From: Octopus sinensis | Taxonomy: Eukaryota | Length of the DNA: 64,000 nt | Direction of reading: 5' to 3' | Assembly (NCBI RefSeq): GCF_006345805.1 | Contig: NC_043001.1 | Location: 48,980,001-49,044,000, forward strand | In this document: positions 1-12,664 of the stretch, one piece after another | Layout: every line of letters begins with the position of its first letter | Position numbering within the stretch: the stretch's first letter is position 1 | The notes under the pieces: model-generated | The model's database searches: none | Seen by the model: only the letters and a program-made list of their open reading frames with translations | What the model was told of the DNA's origin: nothing | Program-made: the position numbers and the translations under genes

Positions 1-2060
1 ATGCAAATGATCTTATGGTTTGTAATACTAACTTCAGGAAACCTGCCAGTCACCTATTCACTTACCTATCTGGTGGACACACTAGTCAAGTTGACAACAT
101 CCTTGCCAGGTAATGGGAAAGATGGCTACGTATAAATGCCAAAACCTTCCCAGGTGAAGAATGCACCCCACAACATAGATTAGTAGTTAGCAACTTCAGG
201 ATCAGGGCTAAATGGATGCCCAGAAGACGACCAGCATGGAGAAGAAGGGTTTGGAATCTTAAGGATCCTGCAAATGAACGGATTTAGAGATGTATTACTT
301 GAAGCTTTTGACGAAATAGAGGCGGATATAACATCACATGATGTGGAAGACAACTGGAGGTTTCTACGGGACAACCTGTTGAGGGCTACTGACCAGATCT
401 GTAGATGGTACAAAATTCCCTTTTTATCCAAGGTAACATGGTGGTGGAACAACGTAGTTGACAGGGCCATCAGAGAAAAGAAAGAGGCATGGAAGGACTG
501 GAAGAATGGTGGTAGCAGGGAATTGTATCAGACTGACAGAAGGGAAGCTAGGAGACTGGTTTATTTAGCCAGTGGGGAAGCAGATAAAAAATTTGCCAAT
601 GTTCTGCATCATGAGAGCCAAAGACTTGAGGTGTTTCGTGTTGCAAGACAGTGTGTGAGAGAGAATCGTGATGTCATAAGAGAGAAATGTGTCTGCATGG
701 ATGACGGCTCACTTGCATTTAATGAGGCTGCAAGGAGAGAGACTTGGAGAGTGCACTATGAAAGGTTGCTACATGAAGAGAATGAATGGAAGAAGGAGAA
801 TCTGCTGAATGTCAACCCAACAGAGGGACCAGCTATTCAAATTGACAGTACCTTGGTAGATAAAGCAATTAAGAGTATGAAGACAGGGAAAGCTCCTGGC
901 CCATCAGGAATCACCGCAGGGATGCTTAAAATACCTGGCAGTGTCGGCTATAGTCTAGTCACCCATATAGTGAATCAGGTGATACATAAAGGAGTCATAC
1001 CCAATGACTGGTGTAGCAGCACCATAGTCAACTGCTACATAGGTAAAGGTGATGCATTAGATATGAATAATTACAGAGGTACCAAATTGTTGGATAAGGT
1101 AATGAAAGTCAAGGAGAGGGTCATAACTCAACTAATTAGGGAGAGAGTCAGTCTAGATGAGATGCAGTTTGGGTTTGTGCCAGGGAAAAGCACCACTGAT
1201 GCTATATTTCTGGTAAGACAGCTGCAGAAGAAATACCTAGCCAAAGATAAACCTCTGTACCTAGCTTTTGTTGACATGGAGAAAGCCTTTGGCAAGGTCC
1301 TCCCATCCCTTATATGGTGGTCAATGTAGAAACTAGGGATAGATGAATGGTTAGTGAGAGCTGTACAAGCCATGTACAGGGATGCTGTCAATAAGGTGAG
1401 GGTTGGCAATGAATACAGTGAAGAATACTGGGTAAAGGTAGGGATCCACCAAAGATCAGTCCTCAGCCCACTCTAATTCATCATAGTCCTCCAGGCAATA
1501 ACAGAGGAATTCAAGACAGGATGCCCCTGGGAGCTTCTCTATGCTGATGACCTTGCTCTAGTAACTGCATCACTATCAGAACTAGAGAAGTTTCAGGTGT
1601 GGAAGCAAGGTCTAGAATCAAAGAGCCTTAGGTTCAATCTAGCAAAAACCAAAGTCTTAAGGAGGAAGGCAGACAAACCACAAATCCCTTCAGGTAGCTG
1701 GCCCTGCTTGATCTGTAAAAAAGGCATAGATAGAAACTCCATAAGATGTACCCAGTGTAAGCTATGGACGCATAAGAGGTGCGGCAATATCAAAGGAAGG
1801 CTAACTGGGAAGATAGTTTTTGTGTGTGGCAGATGCTCAGGAGCAATAAACACTGAAAATGTGCAGAAAATAACTTCTGTCACATTCCAGTGGGAAAAGC
1901 TACGAGTAGTTGATAGCTTCTATTACCTAGGTGATCAAGTCAGTAGTTGGGGTGGATGCTCTGAAAGTATAGTTGCTAGAATAAAAATAGCCTGGGAAAA
2001 GTTCAGAGAGCTCTTACCTCTGCTGGTGACAAAGGGCCTCTCGTTCAGAGTAAAAGGTAG
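1..2060 (+). mobile_element. RTE-clade non-LTR retrotransposon, decayed ORF2 (RT plus Cys-rich insert)
   Basis: ORF 274-1329 has GKAPGPSGIT, NNYRG.KLL and QFGFVPGKSTTDAIF; in-frame LYADD at about 1537-1551 after premature stops; ORF 1597-2175 has CLICKK..RCTQCKLWTHKRC and FYYLGDQ. Confidence 0.9.
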
Positions 2061-2264
2061 ACTGTTTGCACACAGTAGCAGGGGGCGGGTGTCAGAGGTG
2101 CCATTTGTGCCCTCCCCACCGGATTTTTTTCCCCAAATTTCTTCTCATTCCTATGTTTTCAATACAGGAGATTAAGATTTCACCCAAGGGACATGTTCTC
2201 AATGTTTTGATTTTCTCCTTCCTGTCCCAATTTCTTCATTCTTTTTACTCGTTTTGAATTTTTT

Positions 2265-2715
2265 TCTTGGTAATCCATGGAGAAAAAACAAAGAGTACAA
2301 ATCTTTAAGAATTTTCTTCTTTCTTTTTTCTTAAAGGAACACTAAAATCTTCTTCCAAATCATCTACCCATCACCTTACCACTTTCAAAAAGCTACAAAC
2401 TCCTAATGTTTCATTTTAGCTTTTTGAAAAGCAGAGTAGTTTCTTCAGAAATAATGTTGTTTACCTGTTGTTTCTAGCATGTCAGGTTTTCTGGTGGTGC
2501 TCTAATATTTTCTACATCTGCTATTTTAGCACAATCCTACGCATGCGTGAAACAGTGTGTGTTTTTTGCTTTTTGAAATCGGGTAGGTGATAGGTATGTG
2601 GGGTGGGAGAAGGCACATTGAGTGTTTCTTTAAGAAAAATTGAACTTAAAAAAAAAATATTTCCCAGATTTATAATCTATGTATTTTTCTTCATGGATAA
2701 AAAAAGTTCGTAAAG
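2265..2715. repeat. Degenerate ~450-bp fold-back (old MITE-like palindrome)
   Basis: ATCCATGGAGAAAAAAC (~2275) mirrors TTTTTTCTTCATGGAT (~2685); TTCTTAAAGGAACACT..TTTCAAAAAGC (2328-2393) mirrors GCTTTTTGAAA..AGTGTTTCTTTAAGAA (2569-2636). Confidence 0.5.
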
Positions 2716-2819
2716 AATATACAATTGTGATGGGTATGGTGGAAACTACAATTTTAAAAACGTGATTTCTGGGCAAAATCATATTAACCACCTTTTATAC
2801 AATGAAACAATACATAGTT

Positions 2820-3198
2820 ACTCTTTTACACTTTTACTTGTTTCAGTCATTTGACTGCGGCCATGCTGGAGCACCGCCTTTAGTCGAGCAAATCGACCCC
2901 GGGACTTATTCTTTGTCAGCCCAATACTTATTCTATCAGTCTCTTTTACCGAACCGCTAAGTGATGGGGACGTAAACACACCAGCATCGGTTGTCAAGCA
3001 ATGCTAGGGGGACAAACACACACACATACACATATATATATACATATATATGACAGGCTTCTTTCAGTTTCCGTCTACCAAATCCACTCACAAGGCATTG
3101 GTCGACCCGGGGCTATAGCAGAAGACACTTGCCCAAGATGCCACGGAACCATGTGGTTGGTTAGCAAGCTACTTACCACACAGCCACTCCTGCGCCTA
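2820..3198 (-). mobile_element. tRNA-derived SINE, family A
   Basis: Reverse complement begins AGGCGCAGGAGTGGCTGTGTGGTAAG (box A-like); same body recurs at ~12.2, 17.7, 24.3, 43.1 and 44.6-45.3 kb. Confidence 0.8.
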
Positions 3199-3446
3199 TG
3201 TTGGTGATCTTTCTTAAGAACAGAAAGCACTTTCATGCAAACCCATGCAAATTGCACCCTTTCCTTCTTCACTTACAAACAATAACTTTCATTACACCAG
3301 TAATCCAGTTCACTATATATTAGCTGTACTGATTCTGCCCATAAGAAAGGAACATATAATATGGGCAATGCTGGGATGCATTGCTAGTACATATATATAT
3401 ACACATACATACATACATACATACATACATACACACATACATACAT

Positions 3447-3497
<51 letters not shown>

Positions 3498-3549
3498 ACT
3501 TAGATAACTTAGATATGTTTCGACCAAAGATTGGTCCAGGCTATGTCTA

Positions 3550-4403
3550 ACTTAATAGCACCACCTGATAGGATTATTCGAATCCTGTTTAAGTCAAGTT
3601 TTGTTCAAGTAGTGAGTTCTTGTTGGGTGAGTTGTATCCAATTATAGGTGGCTTATCTGGTATTCTTTGAAGGAATCTATCCAGACTCCGTTTAAAGTTG
3701 ATGGGATCCTTTTCCTCCTTGATCTCCCTCGGGACAATGTTAAATAGGGCAGGGCCTGTTGAAGAAAAGAAATTATGTTGCAGTGTACATATATGTTGTG
3801 ATCTTGAATTGGCCTGTGGTCCCAGTCTTGGATGAACCTTGAAGCTAATGTTAAGGTCGTTTGGGCAAAGTTGGCGGTATATTCTCCACATCGTACAAAT
3901 GATGTACCGCTCACGGCGACGCTGGAGGGAGTAAAATTTCAAGGCTTTAAGGCGATCCCAATAATCGAGAGCAGCCATGCCTTCAATTCGTTTAGTGAGT
4001 GCCCTCTGGGGTGACTCAATCCTGGAGATGTTTTGTCTTGTATGGGGAGACCACAGTGGGCAGCAATATTCGAGGTGTGGCCGTACAAAGGAGGAGAAAA
4101 GTGGTATGATGACACCTTGTTCTCTGGACCGGAAAGTTCTTAAGATCCAGGAACTCATCCTATGAGCTATATCGACCTTCTTGTTGATGTGTGCACTCCA
4201 ACTGAGATTGTCATCAATAATTACACCCAGGTCTCTGATATTGTTAGAGGCTGTGAGCGGTTCTCCTGAAGGAAGAGAGTATGGTTGTTTTATTGAGGAA
4301 TTTCTTCCAAAATGCATCAGCTCAAATTTTCCCTCATTCAGTTGCATTTTGTTTCTGTCTGCCCATTGACTCTCAGCATATAGATCAGACTGGAGTTGAG
4401 TTC

Positions 4404-4405
<2 letters not shown>
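3550..4405 (-). mobile_element. 5'-truncated LINE (CR1/L2/Jockey-like) RT C-terminal region
   Basis: ORF 3589-4455 has IRDLGVIIDDNLSW, FVRPHLEYCCPLWSP and SLQRRRERY; its 5' end merges into a (TA)n tract. Confidence 0.85.
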
Positions 4406-4439
<34 letters not shown>

Positions 4440-4454
4440 TGACAAATAGATACA

Positions 4455-4650
4455 TGAGGGGATGCTGAAAAGTTTCTAGCCTTGGGTAAATGTAGATACA
4501 GAAGAATCAGTTAATTATGATTTTATTCAACCTATTCCTCTCTTAGATTCACACACTTATTGCAGTGGTCCTTTAGTTTTTCTAAGAACTGCAACCAGGC
4601 CCTTTGTGATGCACTTAAAGTCAGGAACTTTTCAGTACCCCCCTTGTATA
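4455..4650. mobile_element. Mariner-type MITE
   Basis: Inverted termini GAGGGGATGCTGAAAAGTT / GGAACTTTTCAGTACCCCCTTGTA; related copies at ~21783 and ~23112. Confidence 0.6.
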
Positions 4651-5571
4651 TTCTCACCATTCCTACTCCTTGCTCATCATCCCCCTACCTTCTGATATAT
4701 CCTTTCTGAGCCTCTTCTATACCCTCTCTCCACCCTTACATTTCTTTATACATATATTTTTCATCAACTGCATTTCTACCCTTGTTCATCACTCTCTACC
4801 TTCACCTCTAATCATCTCTTAGTTTCCCTACACACTCTTATGAAGTATTTACTTTCTCTCACCTTCCATCCTATGAAACATTGTCTGTATCCTCACTTAC
4901 GCTCACCTTTCTTGTACTTTGAGAATTTGCTCTGGTTCTCCATCACTACCTTCTTTTATCTCCTTCTCAACTATTCCCATGCCTATATAATGTGAGATAG
5001 CCAAGTAGCTCCTCTATACCAAGACACCTGTTCTTGTCCCTCTTTCATACGTTAGCCTTTCAACACCTAGTATAAGGCTACCTCCCCATCTCAAATACTC
5101 CACCACCCTCACTTTGTCACTAGAGCTTTCTCCTTTTTCTTTTCCTTTTCCCTGTTATTTTCCTGTCTTGCAATTTATTTAGCAACACCACTATGTCAGA
5201 GATGCCTGTGCTATATTCATGCCAAATTTCATGAAAAAAGTACCAAGTACACTCCGTAGAGTATTTGGCTTTGGAAACCATGCCAAAGCTGACAATGGGA
5301 CTTGGCACAGCCCTGTAGTTCCCCAGATCCTGTCAAACTGTTCCTTCCATGCCAGCATGGAACATGGATATTAAATAGTGATGAAGGTGGCAACGGCATC
5401 AATGATGATAACAATGATGTAACATTACAGAATTCTACATTATAGTAAGATTTTCAGTATCGTAATACTTCTGTAATGCAGGAGATGCCTGTACAATCTA
5501 AATAATAACGACGAAGATCAAATTAAATAATGAGAAATTTATGCGTGTAATATTATAATTTTTTATTATAG

Positions 5572-6261
5572 TTTTTTTGTCCACCAAAATCTGTAACAGA
5601 TCATCAGAAAGACCAAACTACAGTAAAGCTCCTAAAGGTAAATCAAGTCCAAAGTGAGATAAGACCAGATGTAGAAAACCAAACTGAGATAAGACACTCG
5701 AAAGATCAAGTTGATATAAGACAGGAACAAAACCAACAAAGCCATCAAACTGAAGAGGACAAATCTAAGATAAAATATGTAGAATGTGTAACTGAGCTTA
5801 GATGCCAAGACCAAAGTAAGGAATATCACCAAGGACAAGAATTTGTGACTGACTACCAAGAAAAAGATGAAACTAAGAAATGCCAGCATGAAGAACACCA
5901 GTTTGAAACAGACTACCGAAAATACGAAAGTGAGAAAGACTCCCAAGAAGACCAAACTAAGATATACTCCCAAGAAGATGCAACAAAAGGATACCATGAA
6001 GGAGAATACCAAACTGAGACAGTCCTCCAAGAAGGTCAAACTATGGTACACCCCCAAAACCATGCAACAAAAATATTCCAAGAAAATCAAATTAAGACAT
6101 ACCCCCAAAAACAAGAATCTAAGACTAACTACCAAGAAAAACCTAAAACTGAGAAATTGCCCAAATGTAAAAAGAAGAAGAAACGCTCCCAAGTGCATCA
6201 GACTGAGACTTACAACCAAGAAGCCCAAACTAAGACGGGTTCCAAACAGGAACTCTCCAAG
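5572..6261 (+). CDS. OGFR: OGFr-like gene, large low-complexity Q/E/K/T-rich exon (phase 0-0)
   Basis: Acceptor TTTTTTATTATAG ends 5571; 690 nt open in one frame (FFCPPKSVTDHQKDQ...GSKQELSK); donor AAG|GTAAGA at 6262; phase matches the exon at 10101. Linkage to the gene is inferred from splice phase only. Confidence 0.6.
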
Positions 6262-7579
6262 GTAAGATTCTTTGGTTTAAAAATAAAAGAGAGAAGTGCC
6301 CAAAAGCTTTTCTGAGCTTATTTGTTGGGGTAATTATACAAAATGGCTAATGAAGGAGAATGGTTTTTTGATTAGCATAAACTTAAATGAAAGTAGGTTA
6401 AGTTTTAGGTAGGAAGGATTGGAGAAGTATTTAGTAAGAGGTTCTGGTGAAAACAAGCAGGTGTGGTGAGAGGTTTAGAATAGGTTTATGTGGGAGCATT
6501 ACAGAGGAAATAAAGTTCAAAGAAGCAGTGATCGCTATTGTAGAAACTGAAGAGATTGAAAAGTCATAGTAAATCAGTGACCAAATTATTGAGAAAGTAC
6601 TGGTGAATAGATAGGTACTGAGTTCAATTCAGATAAGGATATCAACAGGGTACTAGGATGCCTTTCCATTTTTTAAACACCTCTCTGAATAATTTTTTTA
6701 AATTCTTCATCTGATGGTCTAAGGCAGCATTTCTCAGTGATTTTATTCTAAGCCACATGTCATCATGTAGCAGTCATACACTTGTGTAAATTCAAGTAAC
6801 TGCACACCTCCCTTTCAAATGTTTGGTTTTCAATGCAAGTGGTTTTAATTTTCATCTCAGTGGGAGTAAATAAATTAGTACCAGTTATACATTAGGAGAG
6901 GTTATATTTTTTATAGATTATATTTCTCTGCCAAGGTATATAATCTATTAGCCCTTCTTTCTGTTCAGTTGAGAAATCAACAACTTCTAATCTTAAGATG
7001 TTTAAATAAATCATTTTACTGGCCGAACAGATTACACCTCTCACTTGCATTCTCTCCTTCATATTCTGGCATGAAAAAAAAAATCCTTTTACCCCAGAAT
7101 GTCTAACTTCAATTAATATTATCCCTGGGGGGAGGGGGGTATAATGAAATACTATAGCTATGAATGTGGTACAAATGAATCTAAAAGCTCAGTTTACAGT
7201 GACATAGAAATAGTTATAATAATAAATGTTTCTATTTAACAAATACTAGCAATATCTCATGGTGTTGTCCGGGTGTTATGAACTAGGAGCACATTGTATT
7301 ATTTGCTCCTTTCTTATGGGCAAAATTGGCACAGCTGATATATAGTTAATGGAATAATGGAAGTTACTTTTTGTTTAATAGTGAAGGGCAAGGGTACAAT
7401 TTGCATGGGTTTGCATAAAAGTGCTTTCTGTTCTGAAGGAGGATCAGAAACTATGTATTGTTTCATTATATAAAAGGGGGTTAATAAGATTTTGTCCAGA
7501 AATCACGTTTTCAAAATTTTAATTTCCCTCTAAGTAAAAGAGAGGAGAAAGTGTAAGATGTACGTGTATATGAAAAGGA

Positions 7580-7645
<66 letters not shown>

Positions 7646-8332
7646 TGAGTGAAGGTGTGTGTTGTGATGTATGAAATTCTTTGCATATATGTGTAAGTGG
7701 AACTCACTCCCTCTCTCTCTGTCTCTCTCTCTCACACACACATTATTTTTCATGTACATGTACATACATAGGTGGAGGTAAAGAATATGTACACCACCCG
7801 TTTTTGGCATAACCTTAACCCTAAATAGTGGGAGTGCATATTCTTGACCGTCACCCATAAATACATATGCATACATCTTTTTGTGCTTGAGAGAGAGAGA
7901 GAGAGTGGCTGTATTTCCTCATAACATATAGAAAAATTGATGTTTTTCAATGCTATTTTGGGGTTGTGGCTTATTTTAATACAATATTTATGTGTACATT
8001 TTCATAAATGTTTGTCTGAGTAGAATTCTATGCATGTGTGAAACATTGTACAAAAGTGATACATTAGAAGCAAATCAAAATATTGTCTGAATGACTAATT
8101 TGGATAGACATTTCTTTCATTATTCACACATTGTCACTCTCGTAATGCAACACTTTGTAATTTTGGTTCAAATTGAAAGTGTGAAATTATTTTTAGTTTC
8201 TAGTGGAACTTGGTCATTGTAGAGAAGTGAATTTGAAATAACTATAGCTGGTTATTAAGATAACGTAGAAAATATGTAAACAAAAACAAAGTTTATTTGA
8301 CATGTGTAATTGATTTGATTGTTCTGGAAGGT

Positions 8333-8530
8333 GGTGGGCTGGCAGAATCGTTATCACATGCTGGGCAAAATGCTTGAGTGGTATTTCGCCAGTTCAAATG
8401 CCACCAGGGTCAACTTTGCCTTTCATCTTTTCACGGTTGATAAATTAAGTACCAGTGAGACACTGGGGTTGATGTAATTGACTGGTCTCCTCCCCCGAAA
8501 TTTCAGGCCTTGTACCTGTAATAGAAAGGA
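8333..8530 (+). mobile_element. SINE family B
   Basis: GGGCTGGCAGAATCGTTA...GTTCAAATGCCACC (box B-like)...GATAAATTAAGTACCAG, shared with at least seven other copies in the window. Confidence 0.75.
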
Positions 8531-10100
8531 TTTGATTAATCTGGTCTTAACATCAGTTGGTAAGAATAGAAGTCATTTGATGACACCCTTTTGATTGTAA
8601 CTGGCTATCCTGTTGCAGGTTCAATCCAAGGAATATTGCAATAATACCCATCTTGTCCATTCCACAGAATGAGATTATATTAGAGAGCATCATAAGAGGA
8701 ATGGGTCTGTGAAACACATTTAAGGTTGTTATCTTGAACACGAACGAGAATTTTATGATTTTCATGAGGATCACCAACCATAAGGATAGCTACTTCATTA
8801 GATGTGGGCTCATTAAAGCAGCGTAAAATGTTCTTTACTATAGTTTACTATAGACATAACAAATGCAGAAACACACACACGCACTCATAGAATTAATAAT
8901 ATTGAAAATAGCAAAACGTACACACATGAAGTTCAAGTAAAACAAAATGTAGTCAATATGAGTGCAAAACATACTTTCTGTAGCATAGTTATGCTGTAAA
9001 AAAATGGAAAGTCACCAATTTAGCAAAAGTTGGTATGTGTCACCAATGTAAGAAAGTACAGAAAGTCAACATTTATTTGGAACATGTACTAAATGTTATA
9101 AAATCCACGGTTGAATGAATGTCACAGTGAAGAAAGTGAAAGTCCAAGAAAATTCAGACGGCATAATTCAGTTTTACATACAAAAATAATTTATTTTACA
9201 ATTTTGAAACAAATGCTGAACAAAGTAAATAAAAAGGGAGATGCTGTTTTTGAACTGTGTACCATTATAGGCTGTAGAATAAATACTGAGTAATGCAGTA
9301 AAAAGGTTGTGCAATGTTGATACTCACAGTGATGAAGAATACAAGGACTGTTAAAAAAACGTTATCTTGAAACTGGTTAGAAGGAGTGGAATAACATTTC
9401 TGTAATTATATTGAAAGAGCCACTGTGGCTTTCTACTTCGCTAAGTTTCCAAATTTGTTATAATAACCAGAATAATATTTCTTTCAGATGTATTTGCGAG
9501 TATTGTGAGTGGTGTTAAATCAGGCAAATCTTCTTGTTGATAGTACTTGAAAGTGAATGTTATTGTTTGTTTGAAGTCCAAGCTGCAAGTAAACTTTCAA
9601 TATCCACACGTTTCACTGTTGGGAAGAGAGGAAGTTACTAAGAGACACACACACATACATTAATGCACACATGAAGCCTATCTCTGTCCCTGTGTGTGTG
9701 TCAGTCGTCACAAAAATGTATGTATACTGACAGATACATACACCGTCACTCACATATACTTGCCAGTCATTGGCCTAACATAGGTAATGAATGTGCGAAC
9801 ACATGCATATAAACAATGTGGTGTCATCGTCATTGTGGTGGTGATATAAAATGTCAATAGGTAACTAAAAGAAAAATGATAATGTTAAATTTTTGTAATA
9901 CAAAAATGTGAATGAAAATATAGTTTAGTTGGTAGCCAAAAGCTTACTGAATCTTTTGATACTCCTTGCATGAAAATCAGCAACTCGGTTTTGAAATGCA
10001 TAAGGAACATACACACACACATACAAACTCTCTTTTATAATTATAGATATGGTTGTTTGATGTAAGAAATATTGCATTCTTTTCTATTTTCAATATATAG

Positions 10101-10203
10101 TTTGTGGAGCAAAACTCTAAACCAGAATCCTATGACAACAGTTGGGTAGATCCTCATCCAAATCTGGCCTTCTACAAAAATATGAGAAAGTCTGAACCAG
10201 ATG
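10101..10203 (+). CDS. OGFR: OGFr-like exon (FVEQNSKPESYDNSWVDPHPNLAFYKNMRKSEPD-G)
   Basis: TATAG| acceptor, G|GTAAGT donor; PNLxFYxN matches the start of the OGFr N-terminal domain. Confidence 0.85.
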
Positions 10204-10254
10204 GTAAGTTGGTATATAATCTGTCATCTTACATGTCATTTTTATTTGATTCTA

Positions 10255-12130
10255 GGTAAATTCTACTGCTGTTAATTTCACCACAGAAAATTCTACCAGA
10301 TAAATTTCACCATAGGTAAATTCCACCACAGTATATTCCACCATGGTAAATTCCACCCATGGACAGACTTCTAATATAAGCTACTCCCACTAATAATCAC
10401 CATGGTCAGTTTCTCTAGACCGAAGGTCAATACCTATGTTATTTAATCTGTCTGTTTCTCAAGTCTTAAGGAGAGAAAGAGAGAGAGAGAGAGTGTGAAA
10501 GTGAGATAGAAAATAATCTTTATAATCTACTTAAATTGAGATGGGATCACTTTAATGTATTCCCGTTGAGCAAGAATCTATGAAAAAGACTCATCACAAA
10601 ATTTCAAAAATAATATAATTTGGGATAAAGAAAGAAACGATTAAATTTTAGCACATATTTTATTATAGCAAAAGAATAAAAATTAACAGCGAGTACATTG
10701 TGAAAAAGAGTTAGGATAGGAAAGTTTAATTTATCAAAAAAAAATTTCTTAAGACAAATTGTGTACAATACTTCTTAAAGACTGCAGAGGGTTTTTATTT
10801 TGACATTCCTGAACTAGCTTCTTCAGTCGTGCATCAATAATTTGATAGGTCTAAGGTGGTGAGCTGGCAGAAACGTTAGCACACTGGGCGAAATATTTAG
10901 CAGTATTTCCTCTGTCTTTACATTCTGAGTTCAAAGTCAATCGAGGTCAACTTTGCCTTTCATGCTTTAGGGGATAGATAAATTAAGTACCAGTTGTGTA
11001 CTGTGGTCGATCTAATTTTGGGCCTTGTGCCTAGAGTAGAAAAGAATATTTTAAAATCAGTGAGCTGACAGAAACATTAGCATGCTGGGCAAAATATTTA
11101 GCGGTATTTCGTCTGCCTTTATGTTCTGAGTTCAAATTCCACTGAGGTCAACTTTGCCTTCCATCCTTTTGGGGTCGATAAATTAAGTACCAGTTGTGTA
11201 CTGAGGTCGATCAAATCAACTGGCCCCCTCCCCCAAAATTTCGGGCCTTGTGCCTAGAGGAGAAAAGAATAATTTGATAGGTCTTTTTTTTTGTTGTTGG
11301 GTCTCTATGTTAAATGTGTGCAATTTTTGTCTGGCTTAATCCTTCCTCAGCTTTAAGGGCAGTGTATAGTTTCCACAAATTTGGATGTGTGGATGTTAGT
11401 GATGAGCACAAAGCATTTTGGAACCCTTCTAAAGAATTGTTTGATCTTGGCAAATCCTTTAAGACGCAATCTCGTACATTCCAGAGTCGTATAGGAAATT
11501 GTGGAATTTCTCTTTGCCGATGAAGAACGTGACTCCTTACAATCCCAATGTATGTAATCTCAAAATAGGGGATAAACTTAGAAGGGCTGTCTTCATTGTC
11601 AGACAAATCTTCAAATACATTGACATCTTCAATTGGCAAAAATGCTAAAGCACAAAAGCACTTAATTTTAGGCTGAAAACTTTCATCTGTGTTGTATCTC
11701 ATACTTTCACCAAGTGCATGTATCTTCTGCCAACAATACTGTCCAAGATGAAAAAGACACTCATTTACTTCTGAATAACTAAAAAGAGAAACAACTGCAT
11801 TATGGAGAGCTTTTTCAGAGTCCATCTGACAGGTTACAGGTTGACAATTTGGTTTTAAATCACACACAGAAGACAGAAGATATGAGGCTTCTTTTTTGTC
11901 GGAAAGTAAGACAAATAGTCGGGGCACACACGAATTTCCAGTGATATTATTTTTTATGCATTATTTTTTTATTTTCCTATCGTAACCCATATAATATAAT
12001 GATGATGATGATGGTGGTGGTGGTGATGGTCGTGATGATGATGATGATTTCACTTATGATGAAATTTACCATAGTGGAATATGCTGTGGTGAAATTTACC
12101 TGGTGGAATATACCACAGTGGATTTTACTG
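10255..12130 (-). mobile_element. MULE (Mutator-like) DNA transposon remnant with nested SINEs
   Basis: ORF 11310-11927 has CLFHLGQ, ALAFLP, YFEITYIG, LWNV, LPRSNNSLEG and HPNLWK; inverted arrays of AAATTTCACC/GGTAAATTCCACC subrepeats at 10255-10358 and ~12055-12130. Confidence 0.75.
10853..11270 (+). mobile_element. Two tandem SINE family B copies
   Basis: GAGCTGGCAGAAACGTTAGC at ~10861 and GAGCTGACAGAAACATTAGC at ~11062, each with the family body. Confidence 0.75.
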
Positions 12131-12204
12131 ATTATCTTTTTGTTTATCACTAGCAGAGATACCTAGCATTGCTTGGGATTAAAATGGCATAGTTTTATTT
12201 TTGG

Positions 12205-12490
12205 TTTTACTTGTTTTAGTAATGTGACTGTGGCCATGTTGAGCACTGCTTTAGACAAATAAATCAACCCCAGGATTTATTCTTTGTAAGCTTAGTACTT
12301 ATTCTATCAATGTGTTTTGCCAAACATCTAAGTTATTGGGACATAAACACACCAACATCGGTTGTCAAGCAATGGTGGGGATACAAACACAGATACACAG
12401 ACACAAATATACACATATATTCAACAGTCTTCTATCAGTTACCATGTACACGAAATCCACTCACAAAGCTTTGGTGGGCCTGAAGCTATA
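12205..12490 (-). mobile_element. SINE family A, partial
   Basis: GACTGTGGCCATG...CTTAGTACTTATTCTATC...AAATCCACTCACAAAGCTTTGG matches the 2820-3198 copy. Confidence 0.7.
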
Positions 12491-12614
12491 GTCTATATAT
12501 ATACACGCACACACACATATATTCATATATATACACACACATATAAGAATTTTTTTGCGTAATGAGATAAAAAACCAAGGCAATATAGATATTAGAACAT
12601 TTATAGATAAAAGG

Positions 12615-12664
12615 TCTTACAGCTGTTTCCAGGATATTTATTAATTATATTCTTTCATCAGAGA
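12615..12664 (-). ncRNA. Minimal type I hammerhead ribozyme-like motif
   Basis: Minus strand reads TCT-CTGATGA-A-AGAATAT-aattaataa-ATATCCT-G-GAAAC-AGCT-GT-A-AGA: complete core, palindromic helix III (ACAGCTGT), GUA site, 3-bp helix I. Confidence 0.6.

Noticed and set aside
5632-6265. Long antisense hydrophobic ORF (5632-6228) and second + frame ORF (5867-6265)
   Set aside because: By-products of the A-rich repetitive exon; only frame 1 has compatible splice sites.
8550-9620. Possible piggyBac/hAT transposase remnants
   Set aside because: Only vague Cys-rich and fragmentary resemblance; not supportable.
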